The notes: generated by a model from the letters alone, not told the origin. Counted from the stretch's first letter, positions 1-8,324 are shown. The stretch: DNA of 53,985 nucleotides from an uncultured Candidatus Saccharibacteria bacterium (GCA_964483435.1 CAZAAO010000001.1:1-53985), one strand, 5' to 3'. A program made the numbers and translations.

Positions 1-13
1 GACCATTATAGCA
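1..13 (-). promoter_or_regulatory. partial extended -10 promoter at the window edge
   Basis: The reverse complement of 1-13 reads TGCTATAATGGTC. This matches the TGCTATAAT-GGTGTC-ATG unit at 16247-16264. The start codon it would serve lies outside the window. Confidence 0.3.
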
Positions 14-29
14 TAAAATTATGTATCAA

Positions 30-75
30 AAATGAAGCAAAAGTAATCCGCAGCAGGACCAAGGCCCTGCTGCGG
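30..75 (-). terminator. intrinsic terminator after CDS 82..417
   Basis: 10-bp stem CCGCAGCAGG (48-57) / CCTGCTGCGG (66-75), followed on the minus strand by a T-rich tail (ATTACTTTTGCTTCATT). Confidence 0.55.
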
Positions 76-81
76 TAAAAT

Positions 82-417
82 CTAATAGCATGGGAGTCTT
101 CTAAACTCCACAACGCAACCACGGACGCGGTCAAAATAGTCCGCTTGCCTGTTGTGATTATTTAGCTCGACAAAAAGCTTTTCGACCGTATTCGGATCGT
201 CCGTGCTTTGAATGATCCTTTGTATGTTCCTAGCTTCATTGCGTTCCCTCTCGGCAAGCTCTTTGATAAGCTCGTGGTACTTCACGAGCTCATCGTAATT
301 TCGAAATGTTGGGATTTTTTGAAGTCCGAGGGCCTTTTTAAGATCCCTGCGGCCGGCGTAGCTGGTCAGCCACCATGCTGCAACCAGCATAAAAACGAAC
401 CACACAATCCACCACAT
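82..417 (-). CDS. hypothetical small membrane-anchored protein
   Basis: ORF 82-444 trimmed to the ATG at 417, which has AAGGAG (rc of 424-429) 6 nt upstream. Hydrophobic N-terminus WWIVWFVFMLVAAWW, then a charged helical tail. No family recognised. Confidence 0.6.
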   Translation of the reverse strand: MWWIVWFVFMLVAAWWLTSYAGRRDLKKALGLQKIPTFRNYDELVKYHELIKELAERERNEARNIQRIIQSTDDPNTVEKLFVELNNHNRQADYFDRVRGCVVEFRRLPCY

Positions 418-571
418 ATCGTCTCCTTTTGATGGAATCCGCAAAGATTATACACCGTTTATAGAATAAGTCAAATGCCCATAGGTCGACAAATTTCTGT
501 ACATATTGACATTTTGCATAAATTATGTAATATGCATGAAGAGGCAGAGTATCGCCCAGAAAGGATGTGCA

Positions 572-1723
572 ATGAAAAAAGGAAACTTCCTTGACCCGTC
601 GCGGCAAGGAATCGAAGCTCGAAATTTGAATGCCAGACTGGCTAGCATGGTAGTTGGACAAGATCAGGCAATCGAACAAGTGGTCCAAATCTACCAAATG
701 TACCAGACTGGGTTGGCAGTTGCGGGTCGGCCGATTTGCAACCTGCTGTTCCTTGGGCCCACAGGGACAGGAAAAACCCGAGTGGTTGAAGCAGCCGCGG
801 AGGCCATCTATGGCAACCCCAAAGCAATTATCAAAATCGACTGCGCGGAGTTCCAGCACAGCCACGAGATCGCCAAACTTATCGGCTCTCCCCCGGGATA
901 CTTGGGCCACAGAGAGACGCACCCCCTGCTCTCTCAGGAAGTGCTCAACCAGCACCACACGGATGCAGTCAAGATCAGCTTCGTCTTGTTTGACGAAATT
1001 GAGAAGGCATCCGACGCTCTTTGGAACCTCCTCCTAGGGATTATGGACAAGGCAACTCTCACGCTAGGAGACAACCGTAAGGTCGACTTCTCGCGAACCA
1101 TGATTTTCTTGACCTCAAATCTGGGCGCGAGCGATATAGAAAAGGTGCTAAAACCTAAGCTCGGCTTCAATCCTGGCCCTCAGAGTGCTGAGGAGTTAGA
1201 ACGGAAAGTGACAGCTGCCGGCAGAGAGGCCGCTCGCAAAAAGTTTACCCCGGAGTTCATGAACCGACTTGACAAAGTGATCACTTTCAAAAGTCTCGGT
1301 AAAGACGAGCTTCGGAGGATCTTGGGGATCGAGCTAGTATACGTTCAGAGGCGCTTATTTCAGGCCAACAACTCTGCCACCTTCGTGTTTACGCTGACGG
1401 AGAGGGCTAACGAGTACCTCCTGGAGGAAGGCACGAGCGGTACATACGGAGCACGCCACCTAAAACGTGCGATAGAGAGGTTGCTAGTGCAACCCTTGTC
1501 AAACTTGGTCGCCTCACAGCAAGTGAACACAGGCGACGTAGTAAAAGTAGATTATGACGGCACTTCTTTGGTGTTCACCAAAGAAGCCGAGGGGCTTCCG
1601 ACGTACATGTTGGCGGGCCTGGTCGAAAAGGAGACCGCAGTCTATTTGGAGAGAAAAGCTGCCCAAGCAGAGACCGCTACCTTCGAGAGATCGAGAATGA
1701 GCAGGTACGGCGGCAGATTTTAA
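572..1723 (+). CDS. stand-alone AAA+ ATPase resembling the D2 ring of ClpA/ClpB/ClpC
   Basis: ORF 506-1723 trimmed to the ATG at 572 (GAAAGGA upstream). Walker A GPTGTGKT, Walker B VLFDEIEKA, SPPGYLGH, sensor-2 GARHLKRAIE and a D2-small domain. An LGF tripeptide follows TSNLG, at the position of the ClpP-docking loop of ClpC. No N-domain, D1 or M-domain. Confidence 0.85.
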   Translation: MKKGNFLDPSRQGIEARNLNARLASMVVGQDQAIEQVVQIYQMYQTGLAVAGRPICNLLFLGPTGTGKTRVVEAAAEAIYGNPKAIIKIDCAEFQHSHEIAKLIGSPPGYLGHRETHPLLSQEVLNQHHTDAVKISFVLFDEIEKASDALWNLLLGIMDKATLTLGDNRKVDFSRTMIFLTSNLGASDIEKVLKPKLGFNPGPQSAEELERKVTAAGREAARKKFTPEFMNRLDKVITFKSLGKDELRRILGIELVYVQRRLFQANNSATFVFTLTERANEYLLEEGTSGTYGARHLKRAIERLLVQPLSNLVASQQVNTGDVVKVDYDGTSLVFTKEAEGLPTYMLAGLVEKETAVYLERKAAQAETATFERSRMSRYGGRF

Positions 1724-1728
1724 AAACA

Positions 1729-1764
1729 CCCCCGCGCGCGCAAGCGCCGGGGGTTCCTTTTTTT
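1729..1764 (+). terminator. intrinsic terminator (GC stem, GCAA loop, T7)
   Basis: CCCCCGCGCGCGCAAGCGCCGGGGG followed by TTCCTTTTTTT. Nearly the same hairpin recurs at 2609-2646. Confidence 0.8.
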
Positions 1765-1834
1765 ATAAATATCTTGCACTGCCCTGTACTTGCTTTTTAC
1801 ATAGAAATGTGATATAAACACACCGGAGGTGCAC

Positions 1835-2596
1835 ATGAAAGAGCACTATTTTGGATCATCAATTCCCCACTGTATTCATGGAATATACCGCATGGGGATG
1901 AACACCAACCGTGTCACTCGTATTTACAGTGACACAGCTATCTTGGGGCAGGCTCACGCGAGCGCCCTCATTGAAAAGTGGAAAAAAACCTTCTGGGCAA
2001 ATAACCCCGATGAAGAAGAGAGGTTATTCCGAGTTCTCTGGAGCGAAAATAAAATCATCCAGCCAGGGCTCAGGGCGAAGAACCCTTGGATACCTATCGT
2101 CGAGTCGCCATATAGCTACTCGTCCCTCAAGGAAATGCCCAAGAAAAAACTCGCCAAGCCATTGAGCAAAAAAATCGATGGCCGATTGATGGTCTACACA
2201 GATCATGGCATCGGTTCCTTTTATGCGATTCAAAAAAGCGGCACCGACAGACTTGCCGGTCTTCAAATCCTCGACAATGGGGACTGGTTGGAAATTTTCG
2301 GAGATACAGGAATGGTCATTTGGCGAGGTGAGGTCAGCCTCGTTAACATAGAGTCAGAGGGAGGTCATCTGAACTCGGTCGAAGTCGGGCACCAGGAAGG
2401 AGTCTCCCCAAATCTTTGGCTCCGATACTTCCGAGAAGAGAGGAGGGCGCGTCTTACAACACTGCGCACTCCATCCGCCGAAGAGGAGGCGTCGTTCTTG
2501 CCAACCATTCTTGAGCCGGTGTACGATTCACCGGAACAACGTCAAAGGGTTGAAAAAGCTGTAGAAACAGCTTGGGAAGCAACCCACGCAAAATAG
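1835..2596 (+). CDS. hypothetical protein (253 aa), no recognisable family
   Basis: ORF 1829-2596. The ATG at 1835 lies 5 nt after GGAGG (1825-1829). It has its own promoter-like TTGCTT-N17-TATAAA upstream and its own terminator downstream. Confidence 0.65.
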   Translation: MKEHYFGSSIPHCIHGIYRMGMNTNRVTRIYSDTAILGQAHASALIEKWKKTFWANNPDEEERLFRVLWSENKIIQPGLRAKNPWIPIVESPYSYSSLKEMPKKKLAKPLSKKIDGRLMVYTDHGIGSFYAIQKSGTDRLAGLQILDNGDWLEIFGDTGMVIWRGEVSLVNIESEGGHLNSVEVGHQEGVSPNLWLRYFREERRARLTTLRTPSAEEEASFLPTILEPVYDSPEQRQRVEKAVETAWEATHAK

Positions 2597-2608
2597 GGTT
2601 CCAATTCA

Positions 2609-2646
2609 GCCCCCGGGCGCGCAAGCGCCGGGGGCTTCATTTTTTA
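2609..2646 (+). terminator. intrinsic terminator, near-copy of 1729-1764
   Basis: GCCCCCGGGCGCGCAAGCGCCGGGGGC followed by TTCATTTTTT. Confidence 0.8.
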
Positions 2647-2665
2647 TACTAATTAAAAATTAAAA

Positions 2666-3274
2666 TTACTCCAAAATGCCGTCGAGGTTGACGTCGTAGA
2701 GGATTTGCTCCTGGACGAGTCTGTAGTCGATGAGCTCACTAGATTCAAACCAGTGTTTTATTTCCATTTCCGCTTCCTCCTTGGTACCCGAAGCGTGCAC
2801 CAGATTTCGGACCGAACGGTCATCCTGGTCGGCCATGAGGTATGAGTCGAGCACGAAGTCTCCTCTCACCGTACCGATATCTGATGTTTTTGGCTCAGTG
2901 CCACCGGTAATCTTGCGCACCACCTCTACCGCATGAGCTCCCTGCCACACCATAGCTATCACGGGTCCAGAGGTGAGGTATTTTTTTAGTTTATTAAGTA
3001 CAATTGCCGTGACTTCGAGTGGGTCTTCTGAGGGTGGCACCTCCCCTGCTTCATGTGCAGCTTTGATGCGCTTTTCGCCTGTGATCCTCCTCCATTCTGG
3101 ATTTAAAGTATAGTGTTTTTCGACAAAATCCTCCGTAGGCACCACCATTTTTACGCCCACAAGTTTGAGTCCAACTCTTTCGTAGCGTTTGATTATCTCA
3201 CCTATGAGACTGCGCTGGATGCCGTCCGGCTTTATGACTATTAACGTCCTATCACTTTTTGGATGCTGTGGCAT
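2666..3274 (-). CDS. ndk: nucleoside diphosphate kinase (long form with insertions)
   Basis: RTLIVIKPDGIQRSLIGEIIKRYE, TSGPVIAMVWQG, GTVRGDF and NLVHAS (catalytic His) match NDK. At 202 aa it is longer than the usual ~140-150 aa. Confidence 0.9.
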   Translation of the reverse strand: MPQHPKSDRTLIVIKPDGIQRSLIGEIIKRYERVGLKLVGVKMVVPTEDFVEKHYTLNPEWRRITGEKRIKAAHEAGEVPPSEDPLEVTAIVLNKLKKYLTSGPVIAMVWQGAHAVEVVRKITGGTEPKTSDIGTVRGDFVLDSYLMADQDDRSVRNLVHASGTKEEAEMEIKHWFESSELIDYRLVQEQILYDVNLDGILE

Positions 3275-3325
3275 GTTTTTATATTAAGTCCTAACGTAAA
3301 ATAGCTTCCTCCGTTCGATACAGCA

Positions 3326-3393
3326 ATTCTCTGCTGAAAATTTGCTTTATCCTCGCGCCGCCGCGCTGCGGAATCTCACTCCGGAACTATTTT
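3326..3393 (-). repeat. intergenic repeat family 2, copy A
   Basis: The minus strand reads TAGTTCCGGAGTGAGATTCCGCAGCGCGGCGGCGCGAGG-N7-AAATTTTCAGCAGAGAATT. It shares GCGCGGCGGCGCGAGG and AAATTTTCAGCAGA with 12424-12474, and CTGCGGAATC/CGGAACTA with 53877-53961. It is flanked by the inverted 12-mers AACGTAAAATAG / CTATTTTACGTT (3293-3399). Confidence 0.6.
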
Positions 3394-3408
3394 ACGTTTT
3401 GTAAAAAA

Positions 3409-4182
3409 CTACTTCGTCAAAATCTCGATCTTTCCATCGTATCCTACCACGACAGTATGTTCAAAATGCGCCGAGAGAGATTTGTCGCGGGTGATATAAG
3501 TGTATCCATCTGGAAGCTTCTTTATATCTCGGCTACCGAGGCTAAACATAGGCTCAATAGCGATGACCATCCCCGGTCGAAGCTCTGGACCTTCGCCACG
3601 CTTGGCCCTATTTGGCACAAACGGCTCTTCATGCACGCTGAAGCCAACTCCGTGTCCGGATAGTCCTTCGACAATACCGAGGTCATATTTGACCGCAACT
3701 TCCATCACAGCCGCACCAATATCTCCGATGTGTCCCTTCACGCGCATAGCAGCGATACCCCGATCAAGCGCTTCTTTGGTAGCCCTGATGAGAAGAGCTG
3801 ATTTTTCGTCTACTTTGCCCACCGGCACAGTGATAGCCGCGTCAGTGATCATACCTTGGTAAGTGAGGCCGAGGTCGAGAGTCACAATATCTCCTTCAAA
3901 AAGTATTTTCCCTCCCTCATTTGGGATACCGTGGACGATTTCTTCATTGATAGAAACACATAGCGAAGCTGGGTATGGCCTCTTGGCATCAGCTGGCTGG
4001 TAACCCAAAAAAGCGGCAGTACATCCTGCTTCATCGATAAGCTGCTCAGCGTATGCATTGAGCTCGTCCGACTTTACGCCAGGCTTCACCTTTTTGGCCA
4101 CCTCTTTGAGAATTCGTGCATGTATTTTGCCGCCTTCTCGGAGCTTTGCAATATCTTCTTCTGTCTTGTATCTGATAGGCAT
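3409..4182 (-). CDS. map: methionine aminopeptidase type I
   Basis: Typical MAP-I blocks: VCVSINEEIVHGIP, GDIVTLDLG, GHGVG, VIAIEPM, EHTV. Confidence 0.95.
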   Translation of the reverse strand: MPIRYKTEEDIAKLREGGKIHARILKEVAKKVKPGVKSDELNAYAEQLIDEAGCTAAFLGYQPADAKRPYPASLCVSINEEIVHGIPNEGGKILFEGDIVTLDLGLTYQGMITDAAITVPVGKVDEKSALLIRATKEALDRGIAAMRVKGHIGDIGAAVMEVAVKYDLGIVEGLSGHGVGFSVHEEPFVPNRAKRGEGPELRPGMVIAIEPMFSLGSRDIKKLPDGYTYITRDKSLSAHFEHTVVVGYDGKIEILTK

Positions 4183-4227
4183 GGATTAATTGAAAATTAA
4201 ATATTAAAAATTTAAAATTTCATTTTT

Positions 4228-4244
4228 AATCTTGAATCTTAAAT
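4228..4244. repeat. AT-rich GATTNAA-type spacer repeat (inverted copy)
   Basis: AATCTTGAATCTTAAAT is the reverse complement of the GATTCAAGATT units seen at 7691-7718 and 8292-8324. It overlaps the adk stop codon. Confidence 0.5.
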
Positions 4245-4829
4245 TTTTAATTGACCTATAAGGTCAGCATGGACCTCTTCTATTCCCCTCTCACCGTTTA
4301 TAGCGAGAAATGTATAATACTCGTTATTTTTGAAAAAGTCGATCGCAGGGCGCACATTGATTTCATACCACTCGAGACGATGCTTGATCTCCTTTTCGTT
4401 GTCATCACTTCTGCCACGTTCAAGAAGCCTCTCTCTCGCCCACTCTGGACCCACCTCAATCGAGATCACGACAGGTCGCTCTCGCTTATAAAACTTCATT
4501 GCTGAATCAAGTATTCCCGCCTCTTCTAGCTTTCGCGGTGATCCGTCGATGATGATATGTTCGTGCCCCGACACGTGCCTGATGAGGTACTCAGTCCATA
4601 CCCAAATCGGGAGAAACTCTGGCAATAGCTCGCCTTTGGCCAAAATCTCTTTAGTATACTCGGCACTCAAGGATGCCTCATCGGCAAACTCGCGTAATTT
4701 GTCTCCGGTTTCTAGATAGAGGATTCTCTTTTCTGAATCTTTCCGCTTGAGCTCTTCGATAAGGAGTCTCGCCTGAGTACCCTTACCCGAGCCCGATGGA
4801 CCAAAAAACACGTATGTATGAGGAGGCAT
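4239..4829 (-). CDS. adk: adenylate kinase (short type)
   Basis: P-loop FFGPSGSGKGTQA, 196 aa, located between secY and map as in spc/alpha operons. Confidence 0.88.
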   Translation of the reverse strand: MPPHTYVFFGPSGSGKGTQARLLIEELKRKDSEKRILYLETGDKLREFADEASLSAEYTKEILAKGELLPEFLPIWVWTEYLIRHVSGHEHIIIDGSPRKLEEAGILDSAMKFYKRERPVVISIEVGPEWARERLLERGRSDDNEKEIKHRLEWYEINVRPAIDFFKNNEYYTFLAINGERGIEEVHADLIGQLKI

Positions 4830-4871
4830 GTATTAAATTAAAATTAAACGATTTACGATTTAAGAATAGTA

Positions 4872-4907
4872 AGTAAAACGCCGCATTGCAAGCAATGCGG
4901 CGTTTTT
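4872..4907 (-). terminator. hairpin terminator between secY and adk (A/T-flanked, could act in both directions)
   Basis: AAAACGCCGCATTGC AA GCAATGCGGCGTTTTT, an 11-bp stem with an A-run on one flank and a T-run on the other. Confidence 0.65.
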
Positions 4908-4944
4908 AAATCTTTATTCCTAATTCTCTATTCTATAGTCGAGC

Positions 4945-6213
4945 TTAGTATTCCTTAGCCGAGAGCTGAGCGTCGAGCTTTTTCAAGAGGTCGATAACCA
5001 CAGATACTACGATGAGGAGTCCTGTACCACCAATAGCTACCGAGCTAATACCAGTGAGGCCCTGGACGATAAGAGGAAGCACCGCGATAAATCCGAGGAA
5101 GAGCGCACCAACCATAGTTAGGCGGAAGAGGATTTTAGCGATATGAGATGATGTCGAAGTGCCTGGGCGTACTCCTGGGATGAAAGCGCCGCTGCGCTGC
5201 AAATTTTTAGAGATCTGATCTGGATCGAAGGTTACAGCTGTGTAGAAGTAAGTGAAGATAAAGACAAGCAAGAAGTAAGCAATAGCGTAAAATGTTTGGT
5301 TCGCAAGAAGGCTCAAGATAAAGGAAGAAGCTCTCTGGATCGCATCATTACTTACACCAGAAAGGAATCGCACGATCATTTGTGGGAAAAGGAGGAGCGA
5401 GAGAGCAAAGATGATTGGTATCACGCCGGCCTGGTTCACACGAAGTGGAATGTATGTAGAAACACCTCCATATACTTTGTTGCCCCTCACCTGCTTTGCA
5501 TATGTTACAGGTATTGGTCGCTCTGCTTCAGTGATGACCACGACCGCCCAAACGACGACGAGCGCGACAGCAAGGAACCCGAGGTAAGCAGGAAGCATTG
5601 ATGCATCAAACGTAAGAAGGAGTCTGCTGATTGCTCCCGGGAGAGAAGATACGATACCTGCGAAGATAATAAGTGAGACACCGTTACCGATACCAAACTC
5701 AGTGATGAGTTCACCAAGCCACATCAAAAGTACAGAACCTGCTGTGATGACAATGAGGTTGACTGCAAGTTCAAATGGGCTAAGAGCACCCAAAACACCT
5801 TGGTTTTTGAGAAGTGATATGAAGCCAAATCCTTGGATAAGCGCCATTGGCACTGAGAGAAGTCTTGTATACTGGCTAAATTTTTGTCTGCCGGCATCGC
5901 CATCCTCCTGATACATCTCCTTGAGCTTTGGGAACATGACAGTAAGAAGCTGCATGATGATAGAAGCGGTGATGTAAGGGCTTACACCGAGCATTATTAT
6001 AGAAAGTTTGGAAAGACCACCACCAGAGAAAATATTGAGAAGCCCGATGAAGTCGTTGCCTGCGATAAACTGCTCAAGACGAAGTGGATCTACTCCGGGC
6101 ATTGGTATAACAGCAAGCACTCGGAAAATGCCGAGTATGATTACCGTAAAGAGGATCCTTTTTCTCAAAACTGGATCACCAAATATGAGTTTGAGTTTGT
6201 GTGCGAAGTTCAT
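4945..6213 (-). CDS. secY: preprotein translocase subunit SecY
   Basis: 422 aa with a 10-TM pattern, GVSPYITASIIMQLL motif, positioned after L15. Confidence 0.97.
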   Translation of the reverse strand: MNFAHKLKLIFGDPVLRKRILFTVIILGIFRVLAVIPMPGVDPLRLEQFIAGNDFIGLLNIFSGGGLSKLSIIMLGVSPYITASIIMQLLTVMFPKLKEMYQEDGDAGRQKFSQYTRLLSVPMALIQGFGFISLLKNQGVLGALSPFELAVNLIVITAGSVLLMWLGELITEFGIGNGVSLIIFAGIVSSLPGAISRLLLTFDASMLPAYLGFLAVALVVVWAVVVITEAERPIPVTYAKQVRGNKVYGGVSTYIPLRVNQAGVIPIIFALSLLLFPQMIVRFLSGVSNDAIQRASSFILSLLANQTFYAIAYFLLVFIFTYFYTAVTFDPDQISKNLQRSGAFIPGVRPGTSTSSHIAKILFRLTMVGALFLGFIAVLPLIVQGLTGISSVAIGGTGLLIVVSVVIDLLKKLDAQLSAKEY

Positions 6214-6217
6214 AGTA

Positions 6218-6658
6218 CTATTCTACCTTTCCGCCTGCCTTTTCGATAGCTGCCTTTGCGCTCTCTGAAACCTTCAAACCTTTGATGGTTACTGCCTTTG
6301 TGATTTCGCCTTTGCCAAGTATTTTGACACCCAAAGTCTTGCCGCTAGAAGTACGAGTAAGACCTTTTTCAAGGAGAGTAGCGAGTGTTACCTCTGCGCC
6401 ATTTTCAAAAGTAGCGTTAAGGTCGCCAATGTTTACCGGCACAAGCTTTTGAACAAATGACTTAAGTGAGTTTTTGCCACGACCGCGGAGTTTTGGAATA
6501 CGCTTGATCACATCGCGCAATTCTGGGCGCTTCTTGCGACCCGAGCGAGCGTTTTGACCTTTGGTACCACGACCAGAAGTCTTGCCGCGCTTGCCACCTC
6601 GTCCCACCTGTCGAGACTCTTTGTTGTTTGTATTCTTTTTTAGATTGTGTAGCTGCAT
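6218..6658 (-). CDS. rplO: 50S ribosomal protein L15
   Basis: GRGGKRGKTSGRGTKGQNARSG N-terminal block; 4-nt gap to secY. Confidence 0.95.
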   Translation of the reverse strand: MQLHNLKKNTNNKESRQVGRGGKRGKTSGRGTKGQNARSGRKKRPELRDVIKRIPKLRGRGKNSLKSFVQKLVPVNIGDLNATFENGAEVTLATLLEKGLTRTSSGKTLGVKILGKGEITKAVTIKGLKVSESAKAAIEKAGGKVE

Positions 6659-6697
6659 TTGAGTTTATAAAGTTAGAAAGTTTGAAAGTTATAAAGA

Positions 6698-7330
6698 TTA
6701 TTTTGTACTTGGAACTTTAGACTTTTCGCTTTTTAACTGCGTTAGCGCCTTTACTGCTGCACGAGCAATGTTTAGTTTGTTTTTTGAGCGAGAAAGTATT
6801 TTTGCAGAAACTTCCTTCACACCAGCAAGCTCAAGCACTGTACGTACTGCGCTTCCTGCGACTATACCTTTGCCCGGAGCCCTCATGAGGAGCACTGTCG
6901 AGCTTGCATACTTTGCTTCTACTCCATGAGGGATAGTGCCATTGTGAAGCTTTACAGTCACCATGTTTTTCTTCGCGTCGCGCATAGCCTTTTCTACCGC
7001 GATAGGAGTGTCCCCTGCTTTACCGAGGCCTACACCTACTCTACCCTTGCGATCGCCAATAACGATCGAAACGCTAAAGCTAAATCGGCGTCCACCTGAT
7101 ACCACGCGAGTCACGCGGCGAAGGCTTACAATTTTGTTATCAAATTCTTGACGTGCGCGCTCTGGTCTGCGAGAAGGCTTACGCTCATTTTTGCGCCTGT
7201 CACCTCTGCCACCTCTTGGGCCGCGGTTATCTGCTACAGCTGCCACTTCAGGCGCCACGGCGAGAGCAGCCACTTCAGGAGCAGCCTCTGTATCAACCAC
7301 GTCTATTTTGTTTTCGTCTGTTGCTGTCAT
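6698..7330 (-). CDS. rpsE: 30S ribosomal protein S5 with an Ala/Pro/Arg-rich N-terminal extension of about 60 aa
   Basis: RVTRVVSGGRRFSFSVSIVIGDRKGRVGVGLGKA and the C-terminal S5 domain. The extension contains APEVAA repeats. Confidence 0.95.
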   Translation of the reverse strand: MTATDENKIDVVDTEAAPEVAALAVAPEVAAVADNRGPRGGRGDRRKNERKPSRRPERARQEFDNKIVSLRRVTRVVSGGRRFSFSVSIVIGDRKGRVGVGLGKAGDTPIAVEKAMRDAKKNMVTVKLHNGTIPHGVEAKYASSTVLLMRAPGKGIVAGSAVRTVLELAGVKEVSAKILSRSKNKLNIARAAVKALTQLKSEKSKVPSTK

Positions 7331-7336
7331 ATTTTA

Positions 7337-7684
7337 TTAAAACTTTAGGCCGCCTTCTCGAGCTCCTTCTGCTAGAGCAGCGAGAGAACCTGTGTAAATA
7401 TATCCACCGCGATCAAACACCGCAAGAGCGATATTTTGCTTCTTTGCAGCTTCTGCAATCGCTTTACCTACGGCCACCGCCTTCTCGCGAGAGCTTCCCC
7501 CCTTCATGCTCTTTGTAGTAGCAGAAGCGAGAGTCACACCCTTTGTATCGTCGATAAGTTGAGCGCTAATGTAACGGTTTGAGCGGAAAACAGAAAGTCG
7601 AGGCTTTAGAGATGTACCAAAAACCTTGGCGCGGATGCGCTTGCGTCGTCTGTCTCTTTGCTGTTGTTTGATTTTGGTATCCAT
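7337..7684 (-). CDS. rplR: 50S ribosomal protein L18
   Basis: [18 protein letters not shown] and [26 protein letters not shown]. Confidence 0.95.
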   Translation of the reverse strand: MDTKIKQQQRDRRRKRIRAKVFGTSLKPRLSVFRSNRYISAQLIDDTKGVTLASATTKSMKGGSSREKAVAVGKAIAEAAKKQNIALAVFDRGGYIYTGSLAALAEGAREGGLKF

Positions 7685-7690
7685 TTGCTT

Positions 7691-7718
7691 GATTTAAGAT
7701 TGAAGATTCAAGATTTAA
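7691..7718. repeat. tandem heptamer spacer repeat (GATTNAA x4)
   Basis: GATTTAA GATTGAA GATTCAA GATTTAA in the L6-L18 spacer. Confidence 0.7.
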
Positions 7719-7751
7719 TATTTTAATTTTAAATTTTTGATCTTGAATTAA

Positions 7752-8285
7752 CTACACTGACTTCTTACCCTGCTTGCGACGGATGACTTCGTCCTGATAA
7801 CGGAATCCTTTGCCTTTATATGGCTCTGGCTTTTTGAGAGCTCTCACCTCCGCGACGAAGCGTCCGAGAAGCTCCTTATCAATACCAGTGAAAGTAAGGA
7901 GGTTCTTTTCTGCCTTTACCTCAATACCCTTTGGAATCTGTACAAAAACAGGATGTGAGAAACCGAGTGCAAGCTGCAATTTGTCACCTTTTACTTCTGA
8001 CTTGTAGCCCACACCTTCCAAAATAAGCTTCTTTTCATAAGGAGTGTTGACACCCTTTACCATATTGAGGATATGAGAAGCATAAGTGCCCCAAAGAGCT
8101 GCGGTCTGCTTGTTTATCCTTACTGGCTCTACGCTTACGTGATTGTCAGCGACGGAGATCTTGATATCAGAGCGGAAAGTGCGCTCCAAAGTACCCTTTG
8201 GACCAGTCACAGTCACTACTCCATTAGCCACAGCTACTGTAGTCTTATCTGGTACTGCTATTCCTTTTTTTCCAATTCTACTCAT
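7752..8285 (-). CDS. rplF: 50S ribosomal protein L6
   Basis: MSRIGKKGIAVP start and two L6 repeats; operon position. Confidence 0.95.
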   Translation of the reverse strand: MSRIGKKGIAVPDKTTVAVANGVVTVTGPKGTLERTFRSDIKISVADNHVSVEPVRINKQTAALWGTYASHILNMVKGVNTPYEKKLILEGVGYKSEVKGDKLQLALGFSHPVFVQIPKGIEVKAEKNLLTFTGIDKELLGRFVAEVRALKKPEPYKGKGFRYQDEVIRRKQGKKSV

Positions 8286-8291
8286 TATTTT

Positions 8292-8324
8292 GATTCAAGA
8301 TTTAAGATTCAAGATTTAAGATTT
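8292..8324. repeat. tandem heptamer spacer repeat (GATTNAA x4.7)
   Basis: GATTCAA GATTTAA GATTCAA GATTTAA GATTT fills the whole S8-L6 spacer. Confidence 0.7.
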
